Positions 34,801 to 46,400 of a DNA stretch of 64,000 nucleotides are shown here, in pieces. Position 1 is the stretch's first letter, and the number at the start of each line of letters is the position of its first letter. Location: positions 475,426 to 539,425 of the forward strand of contig NW_015177041.1 in NCBI RefSeq assembly GCF_001447785.1, given 5' to 3'. The translations under genes and the position numbers were made by a program. The notes beneath the pieces are model-generated. The model was not told where the DNA came from. It saw only the letters and a program-made list of their open reading frames with translations, and ran no database searches. Source of the DNA: Gekko japonicus. Taxonomy: Eukaryota.

Positions 34801-37800
34801 GTCGGTCAATGAAGTTGAGGTTTAGGACACACAAAAAGAAACACTTACTCAATGAGTAAATATGCAGATGGCACAGAAACATTAGTAGAAGAATTGCTGT
34901 GGGAAGCACAGATCATCTACCTGGGGTTCAACAGTCACCTCTTGGGAAACAAACATTGAACAGTGTCTGGAAGAACTGGAAGACAATGCACAGGTTTGGG
35001 TGCATTTTGAATGGAAGGCTGATTCTGCATATTAGAAACTGTCTAAAAATATAGTTCATAGTCCTAGAGGTTCAGTAAATCAGCACCTAAATGCCCGGCT
35101 GGTTCTTGCAAAAATATATAGCAAGTTAAGGCTATAAAAGGAAAGACGTTAGGCTGAGTGAGGCCAGCTTTCCTTTAGCGCACAGCAGTTGAAGTTACCG
35201 GAGTGAAGCCTGGAACATCTGCCTTTTCATTTCAGGAAACTGACCCAGGTGTGGCAGGACAGATAGATGCATTCATCTCGAGATTGAAGCATCTGAAAGA
35301 AGTGGAGAAAGGCTTCACTTTCGTAAGTCCCTGAAGGCTGGTATTGCTCATGGGGTCAGTTCTCTGTATGAACTCCCCCCCCACCCCCCGGTGACTTTCA
35401 GCAGCAAAATAAGGATTTCAGCTGCTTCCCTTCCCCTCCCTTTCTGCCAGGTCCTAGATGACCCTTCAGGGAACAGCTTCGTGGAGAACCCTCATGCTCC
35501 GCGGAGGGATGAAGCCCTGGTGGTTGCCCATTATAAGCGATCTGCCCAGCAGGCTGTGATGCTGGGGATTCAAGTAAGCCAAAGGAGGAGCTGCTTGGGC
35601 TTGGAGGCTGGATGAAGGCCCTCATGCCACTTTGGCTCACCTCATGCTTCCACATCTTTTGTGGCCCTAAATCGTGGAGAGCCTGTCCTGCTGCTCTCCT
35701 ACCTGCTTGAAGCCCTGCTTTCTCTTCCCTTTTCTAACCTGCATGCAGAGGATGTGATGCTCTGAATGTCTGAGGCTGTCCCAGTTTCAGCACGGTCCCG
35801 TTTCTTTTCCAGGAAGTGGAGTCTGATGATAAGTCAGTGGAACCAGCAGATGATCTGAGGAACGAGGTGAGTGAAGTGTCGGAGAGCTGGGTGTTTGGGC
35901 AGAGGAGTGCCTTTGGGCAGGGCCGTTCCCCCGAGGCAGAATCCAGCCGTGGGCCTGGCTGGCAAGTCTGGGCCTCATTCAGATGCCTTGGTGCTGCCTC
36001 TCTGTCAATCCAGGTGCTGCAGTTTAACACCAACTGCCCAGAATGCAATGCTCCTGCCGAGACCAACATGAAGCTGGTGCGTATCCTTTTCAAGTGCAGG
36101 CGAGCACCTGGTTCTGGCTGCACACATGCGACTGTGGTCCATGAGGCACCTGCGTGGTGATGGGTCGTTCTTCTGGGTGGCCTGTCTGTTGCTGCTTTGT
36201 GGTGATATGGGTCCAGTTCTGGGACTGAAGGGATCCCAGGCTGACGATGCTGGAATCTAGCAGAAAGTTCCCGTTGTGTAACTGGCAGTGGGGGGTGGGG
36301 TGGGCCGATCTGCCTGGAGGAGGATGGCAGCGTGAGCTTGACCACTTGGGTCCGTGTGCAGCATTCCTTGACTGCCCATTTGCAGAGGTCCCCCACTTCA
36401 AGGAGGTCGTCATCATGGCCACAAACTGCGAGGCGTGCGGCCACCGCACGAATGAGGTGAGGCTTTTCTGTCTGGAAGAGGCTGGTTCACCTCCACTTGC
36501 CAGGGAGGGTAAGCCCTGCCTAGCCATTCACTGTGTTCTTCCCTACTTACGTGTAGGTTAAATCTGGAGGAGCCATAGAGCCTTTGGGAACCAAGATAAC
36601 CCTCCACGTGACAGACCCCTCGGACATGACTCGGGACCTCCTTAAGGTAGGGCCTCCCCCCCCCTCCCGGTATGTCCGCTCCCTCTTGGAAGAGCCCTGG
36701 AGGATGAGGGGCCCAGCTAAGCATCCTTCCTTTTCCACAGTCCGAAACCTGCAGGGTGGAGATCCCAGAGCTGGAATTTGAGATGGGCATGGGGGCCCTG
36801 GGTGGCAAATTCACGACCCTGGAAGGATTACTGAAGGATATCCAGACCCTGGTGAGTGACTGGCTCTGGGTCAGCTGCTGCTGGAGGGGGACGGGGTGTG
36901 TGTGTCGCAAGGCTGGACCTGCCACTTGGCGAAAGGGAAACCGTCCCTGAATGAGACTCAAAACGCTCTGTGCCTTGGGGAAGGGGGACTGCCCCTGAGC
37001 AGTCGGCTCATGCGGAGTCCTCTCTCTGCAGGTGGAGAAGAACCCCTTCACCCTGGGGGACAGTTGCACCCCTGGCAGGGCAGAGAAACTCAGTGCATTC
37101 AGCCGGAAGCTGCAGCAGGTGAGGCCCTAGGGGGCTGTGACTTTCAAATGTGGCATGTGCTGTATTCACTTGGAGTGATGCTCTTCCTGGCCCTGGCCAC
37201 ACTCTGATTTGCTGGCTGGGAAGAGAGTGTCTCTGCTGTGTACACGCAGCTTTGCTTTTCTCTTTTTTCTCCTCCTCCAGATTTTGGATGGGCAGCTGCG
37301 GGTACATTTTGTTATGGATGACCCTGCAGGGAACAGTTACCTTCAGGTAAAGTGTGACTGCAGGAAGTGTGCGTGAGATTAAGTTTTATAGCGTGTTGTG
37401 CATCAAAGAGCAGGTGTTCTAAAACCTTGGCCAGCGCAGGGGCAGCCAGAAGACAGCCCAGAGCAGTGTATGTTCCAAAGGGGCAGAAGCAACTGGGCCA
37501 AGGTGACTTTCCTTATGCAGCTTGCTTGGGCTGTGGCTTAGGTAGGAAGGTGGATGAAGCGGAATAGAACAAATGGTTAAGAGAGGGGGTGGAGATGGCT
37601 GCACTGGAGTGAACTCTGGGAGGTCCATTCAAATGCCCACCCGTGTGTCAGGCTCAATAGAGCTGTTGCAGTCCACAATTCATAAGTATAGGTTGCTTCA
37701 TTACAAGTCACTACTGATGCTCTCACATAGCCGTTGTCAGGCATGAAACTCAAAACCAAGCAGGGACAGATATAGACAGTTCAAACACACAGGATTGACC

Positions 37801-38899
37801 ATTGAATACAGTTTGTGCTCAGCAGGAATTCGAGTGGGAGAACAAGGCGGGAGATAGCGTCCAGCCGTTTGAGTCACACCAGCCAGATTGGGAACGGCTC
37901 CAGCAGTCATTCTCACAGCCTTATCAACTACAAAGGCAGCGCCACCTTCCAAAGCCAAAACAAACGGCACCGTGGCACTGAGAGGAAATGAACAGAGAAG
38001 TGCAGGCTAGGCCCCCCCCCCCCAATCATATAGCAGTCAGGTTACACAGAACATACCCAGAGTGCAAATGGCAGTTTACTGACACCATGACACTGGTTGA
38101 TCACCTCGGAGGCCAGAAAAACGACTAGGGAGAGGCTGGGGAGAAGCGCACAATCCTCCAGCCTGGGTGCTGGTGCTGAGGATGGGGAGGGATTTCTTTA
38201 GGGCTGTGTGCTGGGCTCAGCACCAGATTAGCGATTAAGGCATGCCGGTCCTAGTCTTCAGCCCATATCCCAGACTCTGTAAATATCTGGATATTGATCA
38301 GTAACTCTGATCAATATGACATAGCTCTAAGTCCGATGACCTTTGAACATCCGTAGTGCCTGTGGAGGTAGCTTGTTAATCATTGTTCCAATGTAATCCT
38401 TAAAACAAATCCCCCGGAAAGTGATTGTTCTCCTCTGGTTTTCTGAATGTGAACTCTCAACCCCAGCTATGTGAACTCTGAACCCCAGCGCACGGATGGT
38501 GGGGAGGGGGGAAGCAGAATGGGGATAAATAAACTGCTGCTGCCTTGAGAGGCAGACTGATTTCTCTACCCTCAAGAGAGTTGTCTCGCATGAATCTTCA
38601 CATGCCCTTCTCCCCCCCCCCTCAAAGTGGCACAAAAATCTAAGTATGTTCTTGTTTTTGACTTAATTTTCAGGGTGGGGAGGCAGGGGTCTATGGGAAC
38701 CTCTCTCCGTCCTGGCTTTTGCCCCAGACCCTGCTGTAACTTAGCCTTCTGTTCCTTTCAGAATGTATATGCCCCTGAGGAAGACCCAGAACTGTGTGTG
38801 GAGCACTATGAGCGCAGCTTTGAGCAGAATGAGGAGCTGGGCCTCAACGACATGAAGACAGAGGACTACGAGACAGAGAAGGCCTCCTCTGAGCAGTAG
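31492..38899 (+). CDS. ZPR1: Zinc finger protein ZPR1, exons 2-14 (31492-31653, 32775-32865, 33538-33608, 35236-35322, 35451-35573, 35813-35866, 36014-36080, 36386-36456, 36557-36646, 36741-36851, 37032-37118, 37281-37346, 38762-38899); 5'-partial
   Basis: [80 protein letters not shown] and [10 protein letters not shown]. All exon phases are consistent. Exon 1 lies in the gap 31114-31474. AATAAA at 39310-39315. Confidence 0.97.
34378..34860 (+). mobile_element. Older Squam3-like SINE inserted in a CR1 fragment (ZPR1 intron 4)
   Basis: SINE at 34378-34603, followed by [15 protein letters not shown]. Confidence 0.6.
36081..36385 (+). other. U12-type (minor spliceosome) GT-AG intron in ZPR1
   Basis: Donor GTATCCTTT and branch point TTCCTTGAC at 36364-36372, 13 nt from the acceptor. 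Splicing keeps the frame (LV-Q-VPHFKE). Confidence 0.9.
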
Positions 38900-40052
38900 C
38901 CTTGCTTCTGTCAGGCCAAGCCAGTGGTGGGGGATGAGAAGCAGTGAAGGAGACGGGGGTTGCCTGTCCCCCAACTCGGGACACAGCCTTAGCTCTGCCT
39001 AAGAAGCAACTTGTAACTGGTTGCCCACATAGCAGCTGTAGCAGAGCGTGGCCAACGCATTAAAGCTGAAATGATGCTGCACTTGAGGCTGTAAGGATGA
39101 CATTTGTTTTGCATACAGAAACATAAGCGGTGTTCTGAGGAAATGTTTCTTTTTCCCATGTGGTTCTTTTGCAATGGAAGCGCATTCAGTGCTTGGTTTG
39201 GTACTGGATGCTGGTCAGTGCAGGGGCTGACACTTCTGTGGCTGGCTGCAGAATGACAGTTTTAGTCACCTCCCCATATGTTGTCATTTCCATCTGTTTT
39301 CATGAAAATAATAAAACACGTTCTCCTAGTTCACAGAAATCTTGAAGCTACGAAAAAGCCCGTGTGTTTCCATTTTGTTAGGGGAAAATGAAATTTTGGA
39401 GAAAAGTGAAATGTCTATAGAGTACTTACCTATCAAACTTAAACTTGTACTGATTGGCCAACATAAAAAGTTTCATTTATAACTTGACATACAGAATTGT
39501 ACTGTGACATTTTTACAGTGTTTACATTTCTATATCTTAGTTTTCTGTAACCGTACCACATGTATCTTAATTTTTGCCAGGAAAAGGTGAAGGCACAAAA
39601 ATTCTGTAATGCAAAGAAAGTCTATTATAACAGAAACACTCATAGTCACCATAGATAGGCTTACCAGTAATATTTGAATATAAAACCTCATAGAACTTAA
39701 GATCACCGAACACTTCAATAATGTGTACTGATTAGATTCATGTCCAGTCGTACCTTAGTGATAAACAGGAGTTTCTGAATATCTTCTTGGTCTTTAAGGT
39801 GCTCCTGGACCCAAATCTTGCACAGCAACACAGCTGCTCTCCGAAGCATAAGAACATAACAGAGAAGCCAAAGTTGGATCAGGTCAATGGCCCATATAGT
39901 CCAACTCTGTGTCACACAGTGGCCAAAAATACCAGGTGCCACCAGGCAGTCCAGCAGTGGGGCCAGGATATTAAAAGCCCTCCCACTGTCCCCCCCCCCC
40001 AGGATCAAGAATACAGAGCATCCCTTGCCCCAGCCTGAAAGTTCCTATTTAT

Positions 40053-41760
40053 TTTGTTGTTGTTCAGTCGCACAGTCGAGTCTGACTCTTTGCGACCCCA
40101 TGGACAAGATCCCACCAGGCCCTCCTGTCTTCTGCCGTCCTCTGAAGTTTGCTCAGTTTCATGTTCATTGCATCTATGACACTGTCTAACCATCTCATCC
40201 TTTGCCGTCCCCGTCGTCTTTGACCTTCAATCTTTCCCAGCATCAGGGTCTTCTCCTCCAGGGAGTGCTCCCTTAGTCATTGGGTGGCCAAAGTCCTTGA
40301 GCTTCAGTTTCATTATCTGGCCTTCCAGGGAACAGTCAGGGTTGATTTCTTTTAGGATTGACTGATTTGATCTTCTTGCAGTCCAAGGGACTCTCAAGAG
40401 TTCTCCAGCACCATAGTTCAAAAGAATCTATTCTTCGGCGCTCGGCCTTCCTTATAGTCCAACTCTCGCAGCCATACATGACTACTGGGAATACCATTGC
40501 TTTGACCATGCGGACTTTTGTTGGCAGGGTGATGTCTCTACTTTTTATCATGCTGTTTAGGTTCACAATCGCTTTCCTCCCAAGGAGCAGGCGTCTTTTA
40601 ATTTCATGACTACTGTCACAGTCTGCAGTGATCTGGGATCCCAGGAACGTGAAGTCTGTCACTACTTCCACAGCTTCCCCTTCTATTTGCCAAGGAGTGA
40701 TGGGGCCGGATGCCATGATCTTAGTTTTTTTGATGTTGAGCTTCAAGCCCACTTTTGCGCTCTCCTCTTTTACCCTGAGCAAGAGGCTCTTAAGGTCCTC
40801 TTCACTTTCTGCCATTAGAGTGGTATCGTCTGCATATCTGAGGTTGTTGATCTTTTCCCCAGCAATCTTAATTCCCGCTTGTGATTCATCCAGGCCAGCA
40901 TTTCGCATGATGTACTCTGCATATATATTAAATAAGCAAGGCGACAATATACATCCTTGTCGTACTCCTTTTCCTATGCTGAACCAATCAGTTGTTCCAT
41001 ATCCGGTTCTAACTGTCGCTTCTTGGCCCTTATACAGGTTTCTCAAGAGACATGTGAGGTGGTCTGGTACTCCCATCTCTTTAAGGACCTGCCATAGTTT
41101 GTTGTGATCCACACAGTCAAAAGCTTTAGCATAGTCAATGAAGCAGAAGTAGATATTTTTCTGGTACTCTCTTGCTTTCTCCATAATCCAGCGAATGTTG
41201 GCAATTTGATCTCTAGTTCCTCTACCTCTTCGAAACCCAGCTTGTACTTCTGGTAGTTCTCTATCCACGTACTGTTGAAGCCTAGCTTGTAGGATCTTGA
41301 GCATGACCTTGCTAGCGTGTGATATGAGTGCAATTGTGCGATAGTTTGAACATTCCTTGGCATTGCCCTTCTTTGGGATTGGAATGTATACTGATCTTTT
41401 CCAATCCTGTGGCCACTGTTGCGTTTTCCAAATTTGCTGGCAAATGGAGTGCAGAACTTTAACAGCATCATCTTCTAAGACTTTGAATAGCTCAGCTGGA
41501 ATACCATCACCTCCACTAGCTTTGTTGTTAGTAATGCTTTCTAAGGCCCATTTAACTTCACATTCCAGGATGTCTGGCTCGAGGTCAGTGATTATACCGT
41601 CGTGGTTGTCAAGGACATCGAGGTCTTTCTTGTATAGTTCTTCTGTGTATTCTTGCCATCTTTTCCTAATCTCTTCTGCTTCTGTTAGGTCCCTACCGTT
41701 TTTGTCCTTTATCATGGCCAGCTTTGCATGGAACGCTCCCTTGATTTCTCCAACTTTCTT
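40053..41760 (-). mobile_element. BovB LINE, 5'-truncated, with 3' (CAA)n tail
   Basis: Open RT ORF 40336-41847, nearly identical to the copy at 14.3-15.5 kb. Confidence 0.95.
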
Positions 41761-41938
41761 GAAGCCTGCCAGCCAGCCAGCCCGCCCGCCCGCCGAATTT
41801 TTTTTCAAACTTTTTGCATTTTTGTGCACACGTGGGGACTGGCCCACGTGTGCACAAACCTCCCCCTCCCCCCCACCTGCCCCCTCCGTGCTGATTTAGC
41901 GATCCGCACGGAGGGGGCAAGTTGGCTATTAGATATAT

Positions 41939-42373
41939 AGATAAGCAAGGTGACAATATACATCCTTGTCGTACTCCTTTTCCTATGCTAAACCAATCAG
42001 TTGTTCCATAGCCGGTTCTAACTGTCGCTTCTTGACCCTTATACAGGTTTCTCAGGAGACATGTGAGGTGGTCTGGTACTCCCATCTCTTTCAGGACTTG
42101 CCATAGTTTGTTGTGATCCACACAGTCAAAGGCTTTAGTGTGGTCAATGAAACAGAAGTAGATGTTTATCTGGTACTCTTGCTTTCTCCATAATCCAGCG
42201 AATGTTGGCAATTTGATCTCTAGTTCCTCTACCTCTTAGAAACCCAGCTTGTACTTCTGGCAGTTCTCTATCCACGTACTGTTGAAGCCTAGCTTGTAGG
42301 ATCTTGAGCATGACCTTGCTAGCATGTGATATGAGTGCAACTGTGCGATAGTTTGAACATTCCTTGGCATTGC
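41939..42373 (-). mobile_element. BovB internal RT fragment
   Basis: KAFDCVDHNKLW...GVRQGCILSPCL. Confidence 0.9.
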
Positions 42374-42719
42374 TTATCCAATTCCCTCTTGAATCCCTCT
42401 ATGCTTGTAGTAGCCGCCACCACCTCCTGTGGCAGTGAGTTCCATGTGTTGGATCACATGCAAATTAATGGTTGCCAACATTTATGTTTACATAACCATT
42501 CTTCAAAATGTTATACAGATTTATCTTGCATAAAAACAGGCGTACTAATTATTTTGAGTAGAACCTTGTCTATAAATTCAATCACTACAAAAGGACAAAC
42601 AAAGTCCCCCGTCCCCCCTTTCATTGCTCCTCCACATCTGACCCCTGGCAACCCTGAGCAAGGCCTCAGACGTGTTGTAAAAAGTCCAGCTGGGGGAACA
42701 GACGGAGAAGAACATTCCC

Positions 42720-43480
42720 TCCCCCGGGGGGGGGGTCCTTGGCGCGGGGGCAGGCGGCTGACAGCCCCCTAACCTGCCTCTCGCACGCGGCGTTCCCGGC
42801 CGGTCGAAGGCCCAGGAAGGGTGGCGGAGCCCGGACCTCGAATCCGCGCTGTGCGGAGGCGGCCGGCATTCCCGCAGGCCTTCTCCTCCTCCAACCACCG
42901 AGGTCTGAGGCGCTTCCGCTACCGGAAGCCGCCCGGCCCGGAAGCTGCGCAGCGCCACTTCCGCTTCCGGTCGCCCGCCCGGCGAAGATGGCGGCGGCGG
43001 CTTCGGGCCTGTCCAAGGCCGAGTACCTGAGGCGGCGCTACCTGGAGCCGGGGGAGGCCGAGGCCGATTCGGGGGCCAAGAAGCGGCGCCGGAGGAAGCG
43101 GCCCAAGGAGCTGCCGGGGGGGTGAGCCGGGGGGGGGGAGAGGGAGCCCGGCCGGCCTGCCGGCCTGGAGCGTTTCCGGGCGGGCGGGCGGCGACAGGGC
43201 GCGTCGTCTCCAGTCTGCTGGCGGCCCTGCCTGAGGAGCCCCCCCCCCCGACCGCGGGAGAACCTGCCCCCCGCTCTGCAGAGGGTTCCCAACCTCCCGG
43301 TGGTGCCTGGGGGTTCTCTCTGGCTGTACAGCCGAGCGATCGCCGGACTTTGGAGGGTCGTTCCCCTGACCGCCTGGGCGGGGATGGCCACGTATCCATG
43401 CCGGACTCCTCCCCCGGCATCACCTCCCGCTCACCTGCGCTTTTGAAGACCAGAGTTGTACTCCCTCGTTTAGTCGGGTG
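42720..43480 (+). promoter_or_regulatory. BUD13 CpG-island promoter
   Basis: Clustered ETS/GABP motifs (CCGGAAG, CACTTCCGCTTCCGG) at about 42912-42970, and a YY1 motif AAGATGGCGGC overlapping the ATG. Confidence 0.7.
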
Positions 43481-46400
43481 GGTGACGGGCAATGCTCCCC
43501 CTGAGCCGTGGAGTCCTGTGGGCAAAAATCCCACTTTGTGAGCTACTGACGTGAAAGTTGTGAGCCGGCGATTTGGCTACCTGCATAAGTTAGTTTGCCC
43601 CGGAGAGCCATCCTCCCTGAGCGAAGGCAAAAATCTGTGAGCTGGAGGCTAAAAAACTCTGAGCTGGCTCACACTGACTCAGCTGAGAGGGAACACTGGT
43701 GAAGGGCTACCAGGTTAGGCTGTTTCAGGAGCACCGGGTTCAACCTGGACTCCAGAGCTGCCTGCAGAAGGCCCTGTGCTGGCTCCGGCTGCCCCCATGG
43801 CAGGAACGCCGGAGTGACTGAGAGGAGTCTCCATGTACAGAGGACAGCAAACGTCTGGCTCCCAGGGGTGGGAAGAGGTATCGGGGGAGGGCCTTGTCCT
43901 CAGTGTCCTGCTTGTTGGCCTTCCAGCACTGCTGTGCAAAACAGGATGCTGGGCCAGATGGACAACTTGTCTGATCCAGCAGGACTCTTTTGATGCTGTT
44001 ATGAAACTGAACATCTTGTGTGGCTTTTGTGTTGGTCTTTTGGCAGGGGTATGGAGGTGACATTGAGAGAACCGCAATGGTCGCTCTTCTTGCCTTCTGC
44101 CAATCGCGTGGGACCTCACAGGGCTGAGCTTTGCTAGATATCAACAGAGGAGCCTTTGGAAGTTTTCACTTGCTAATAAGTCAGAATGTGCATTTTGCAC
44201 TGAGATGCAACATGTGTCTGAGGATATCTGGTGCCACAACCTTGTCAACAGTGGGCTAGCTCCATCACAGAAGAAAGGCACAATATAAATGCAGTGGATA
44301 AATAGCAGGTGTGGCTTTTTCCCAAAAGAGTTGGAAGCATTGTCCGTGGCCCCTGAGATAATAATTTGGTGGAAATAAATATGAGTCCAGTGACAAATTG
44401 AAATAGGTGACAGTCAGTGTTCCCTCTAAGCTGAGTTAGTGTGAGCTAGCTCACAATTTTTTAGCCTCTGGCTCACACCTTTTTGTCTTCGCTCAGGAAG
44501 GGTGGTTCCAGAGCAAACTAATTTATGCAGGAGCCAAATCGCTCGCTCACAACTCTAATGCCAGTAGCTCACCAAGTAGGATTTTTGCTCACAAGACTCC
44601 GCAGCTTAGAGGGAGAATTGGTGACAGTTGCAGTTCTCTTTCAGTGTATCTGAAGAAGTGTGCTTGCACACAAAAGCTTATACCCAGAATAAAACTTTGT
44701 TGTCTTAAAGGTGCCACTGGACTCAGACTTTGGCCATGGACAGTTACACTAGATTAAAATCTCGTTAAGGGCTGCCAGATTTCTGCTTTGTTTTGCTGCA
44801 ACAGACCAATAGAACTATCTCTATGGAATTATTATTTGATGAGAAAGACTAGCGTCATCCTTCAGCATCTAATGACTCTCTTCATTGATGGCAGCTGGCT
44901 GGAAAGGTGCTGGCGAGAAATCAAGCAATGGCCTTGTCAGGGTTTCTGTTCTCGGCCGATGGTACTTAATTTCTTACTAAAGTCACAGTAGGTTGATCAT
45001 TCATCGCCTTATTTTCTTTTGATTTCCAGGATGCGTATAGTGGATGATGATGTGAGTTGGAAAAGCATTTATAATGTGCAAGAAAAGGAGGAGGAAGAAG
45101 AGGAAGATGGAGACCTGCCTGTGGTGAGTGTTTGGCTCTGGGCATTGAGCATTTAGGCTGCAAATCTAAGGATGGGACAGGGCGGTTCCGTGGGAATAAG
45201 CTTCATCGAATAACGTGAGCACATTTGAGCAATTGAAGCCGTTTTATACTGAATCAGACCCTTTGACAGTCACGGTCAGTGTTGTCAGACTGGCAATGGC
45301 TGTCAAGGGTCTCACACACAGGTCTTTCACATTGTCTATTGCCTGATTCTTTAAACTGGAGATACCAGGGATTGAACCTGGAACCATCTGCACATCAAGC
45401 AGATACTCTTATCACTGAGCCACTGTGTCCGCCCCTCCCCACAGGACTTACTTCCAAATAGCTCTGATTAGCACTGCTTCCTCAGTTACTCTATTTATTC
45501 AGAAGGAAGGCAACTCTGAATATAAGACCCCCCCAAAGTTATGCACTCCCCAATTTTTCTTTTACTGGACATGGCTGTAGTTTGTATGTGAATATAACAC
45601 CCACCCCCACCCCCCGTGGCATTACTGAGAAGAAAACCAGCTCTTGCTTTGGAGTAAATACTATATACAACACTGTTGTTACTAAAAACTGTACCTAGGA
45701 ATCTCATGTATGGGTTACTTTAGTGGGTTTCTATCTAATGGCTAGTTGTTGGGGTTTTTTGGATTTTGCAGTTTGGTAGTTCTCTCGAGCTTGCCCAAAA
45801 GTTTTTTCATACCCCATTACTTCTAGGTGGCAGAATTTATTGATGAGCGGCCAGAAGAAGTAAAGTGGATGGAGGAATTCCGTGGCAGTAAAAAGTGGAA
45901 GCTCTTGGGAGGTGAGCATTCTCTCGTTCTGTGCTTTATGAGATGCTTTGGTGGGCTTTGCACAGAGAAACACAGAAGCCAGGTAGCGTTTGGTTTCACG
46001 GAGAGGAATTCAGGATGTTTGGTTGTGTATCCGCTTAAGCAGGATTGGTTAGAGGGTGAATAGAGGTGTTTGGGAAAAAGCCATGGAAGGGTGATGCATA
46101 GATCGTACTGTGCGAATGAGAATGGGAAAAGGAAGAGCTGGGATTTCAGTCAAAGCGTTTAACTCTGTAGTATTCATTCCATGACTCACGCAGAGCCACA
46201 TCTGCATTTATAGTCAAAAGAATGACAAGACTCCTGTATGCCCTATCTACCACTCCACCAAACCCTTCCATATAGCAATATAAAATATAACTATTAATAT
46301 TAAATACATAGCAATAATTATTTAATTACCAGAGTATATCTGTGTGTGTAGGATTTTCTCTCCCAACCACTGTCAAAATTAGCCTTCAGATATCTGGAGA

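Noticed and set aside
42578-43541. Long GC-rich ORFs around BUD13 exon 1
   Set aside because: Stop-poor CpG island with no family similarity.
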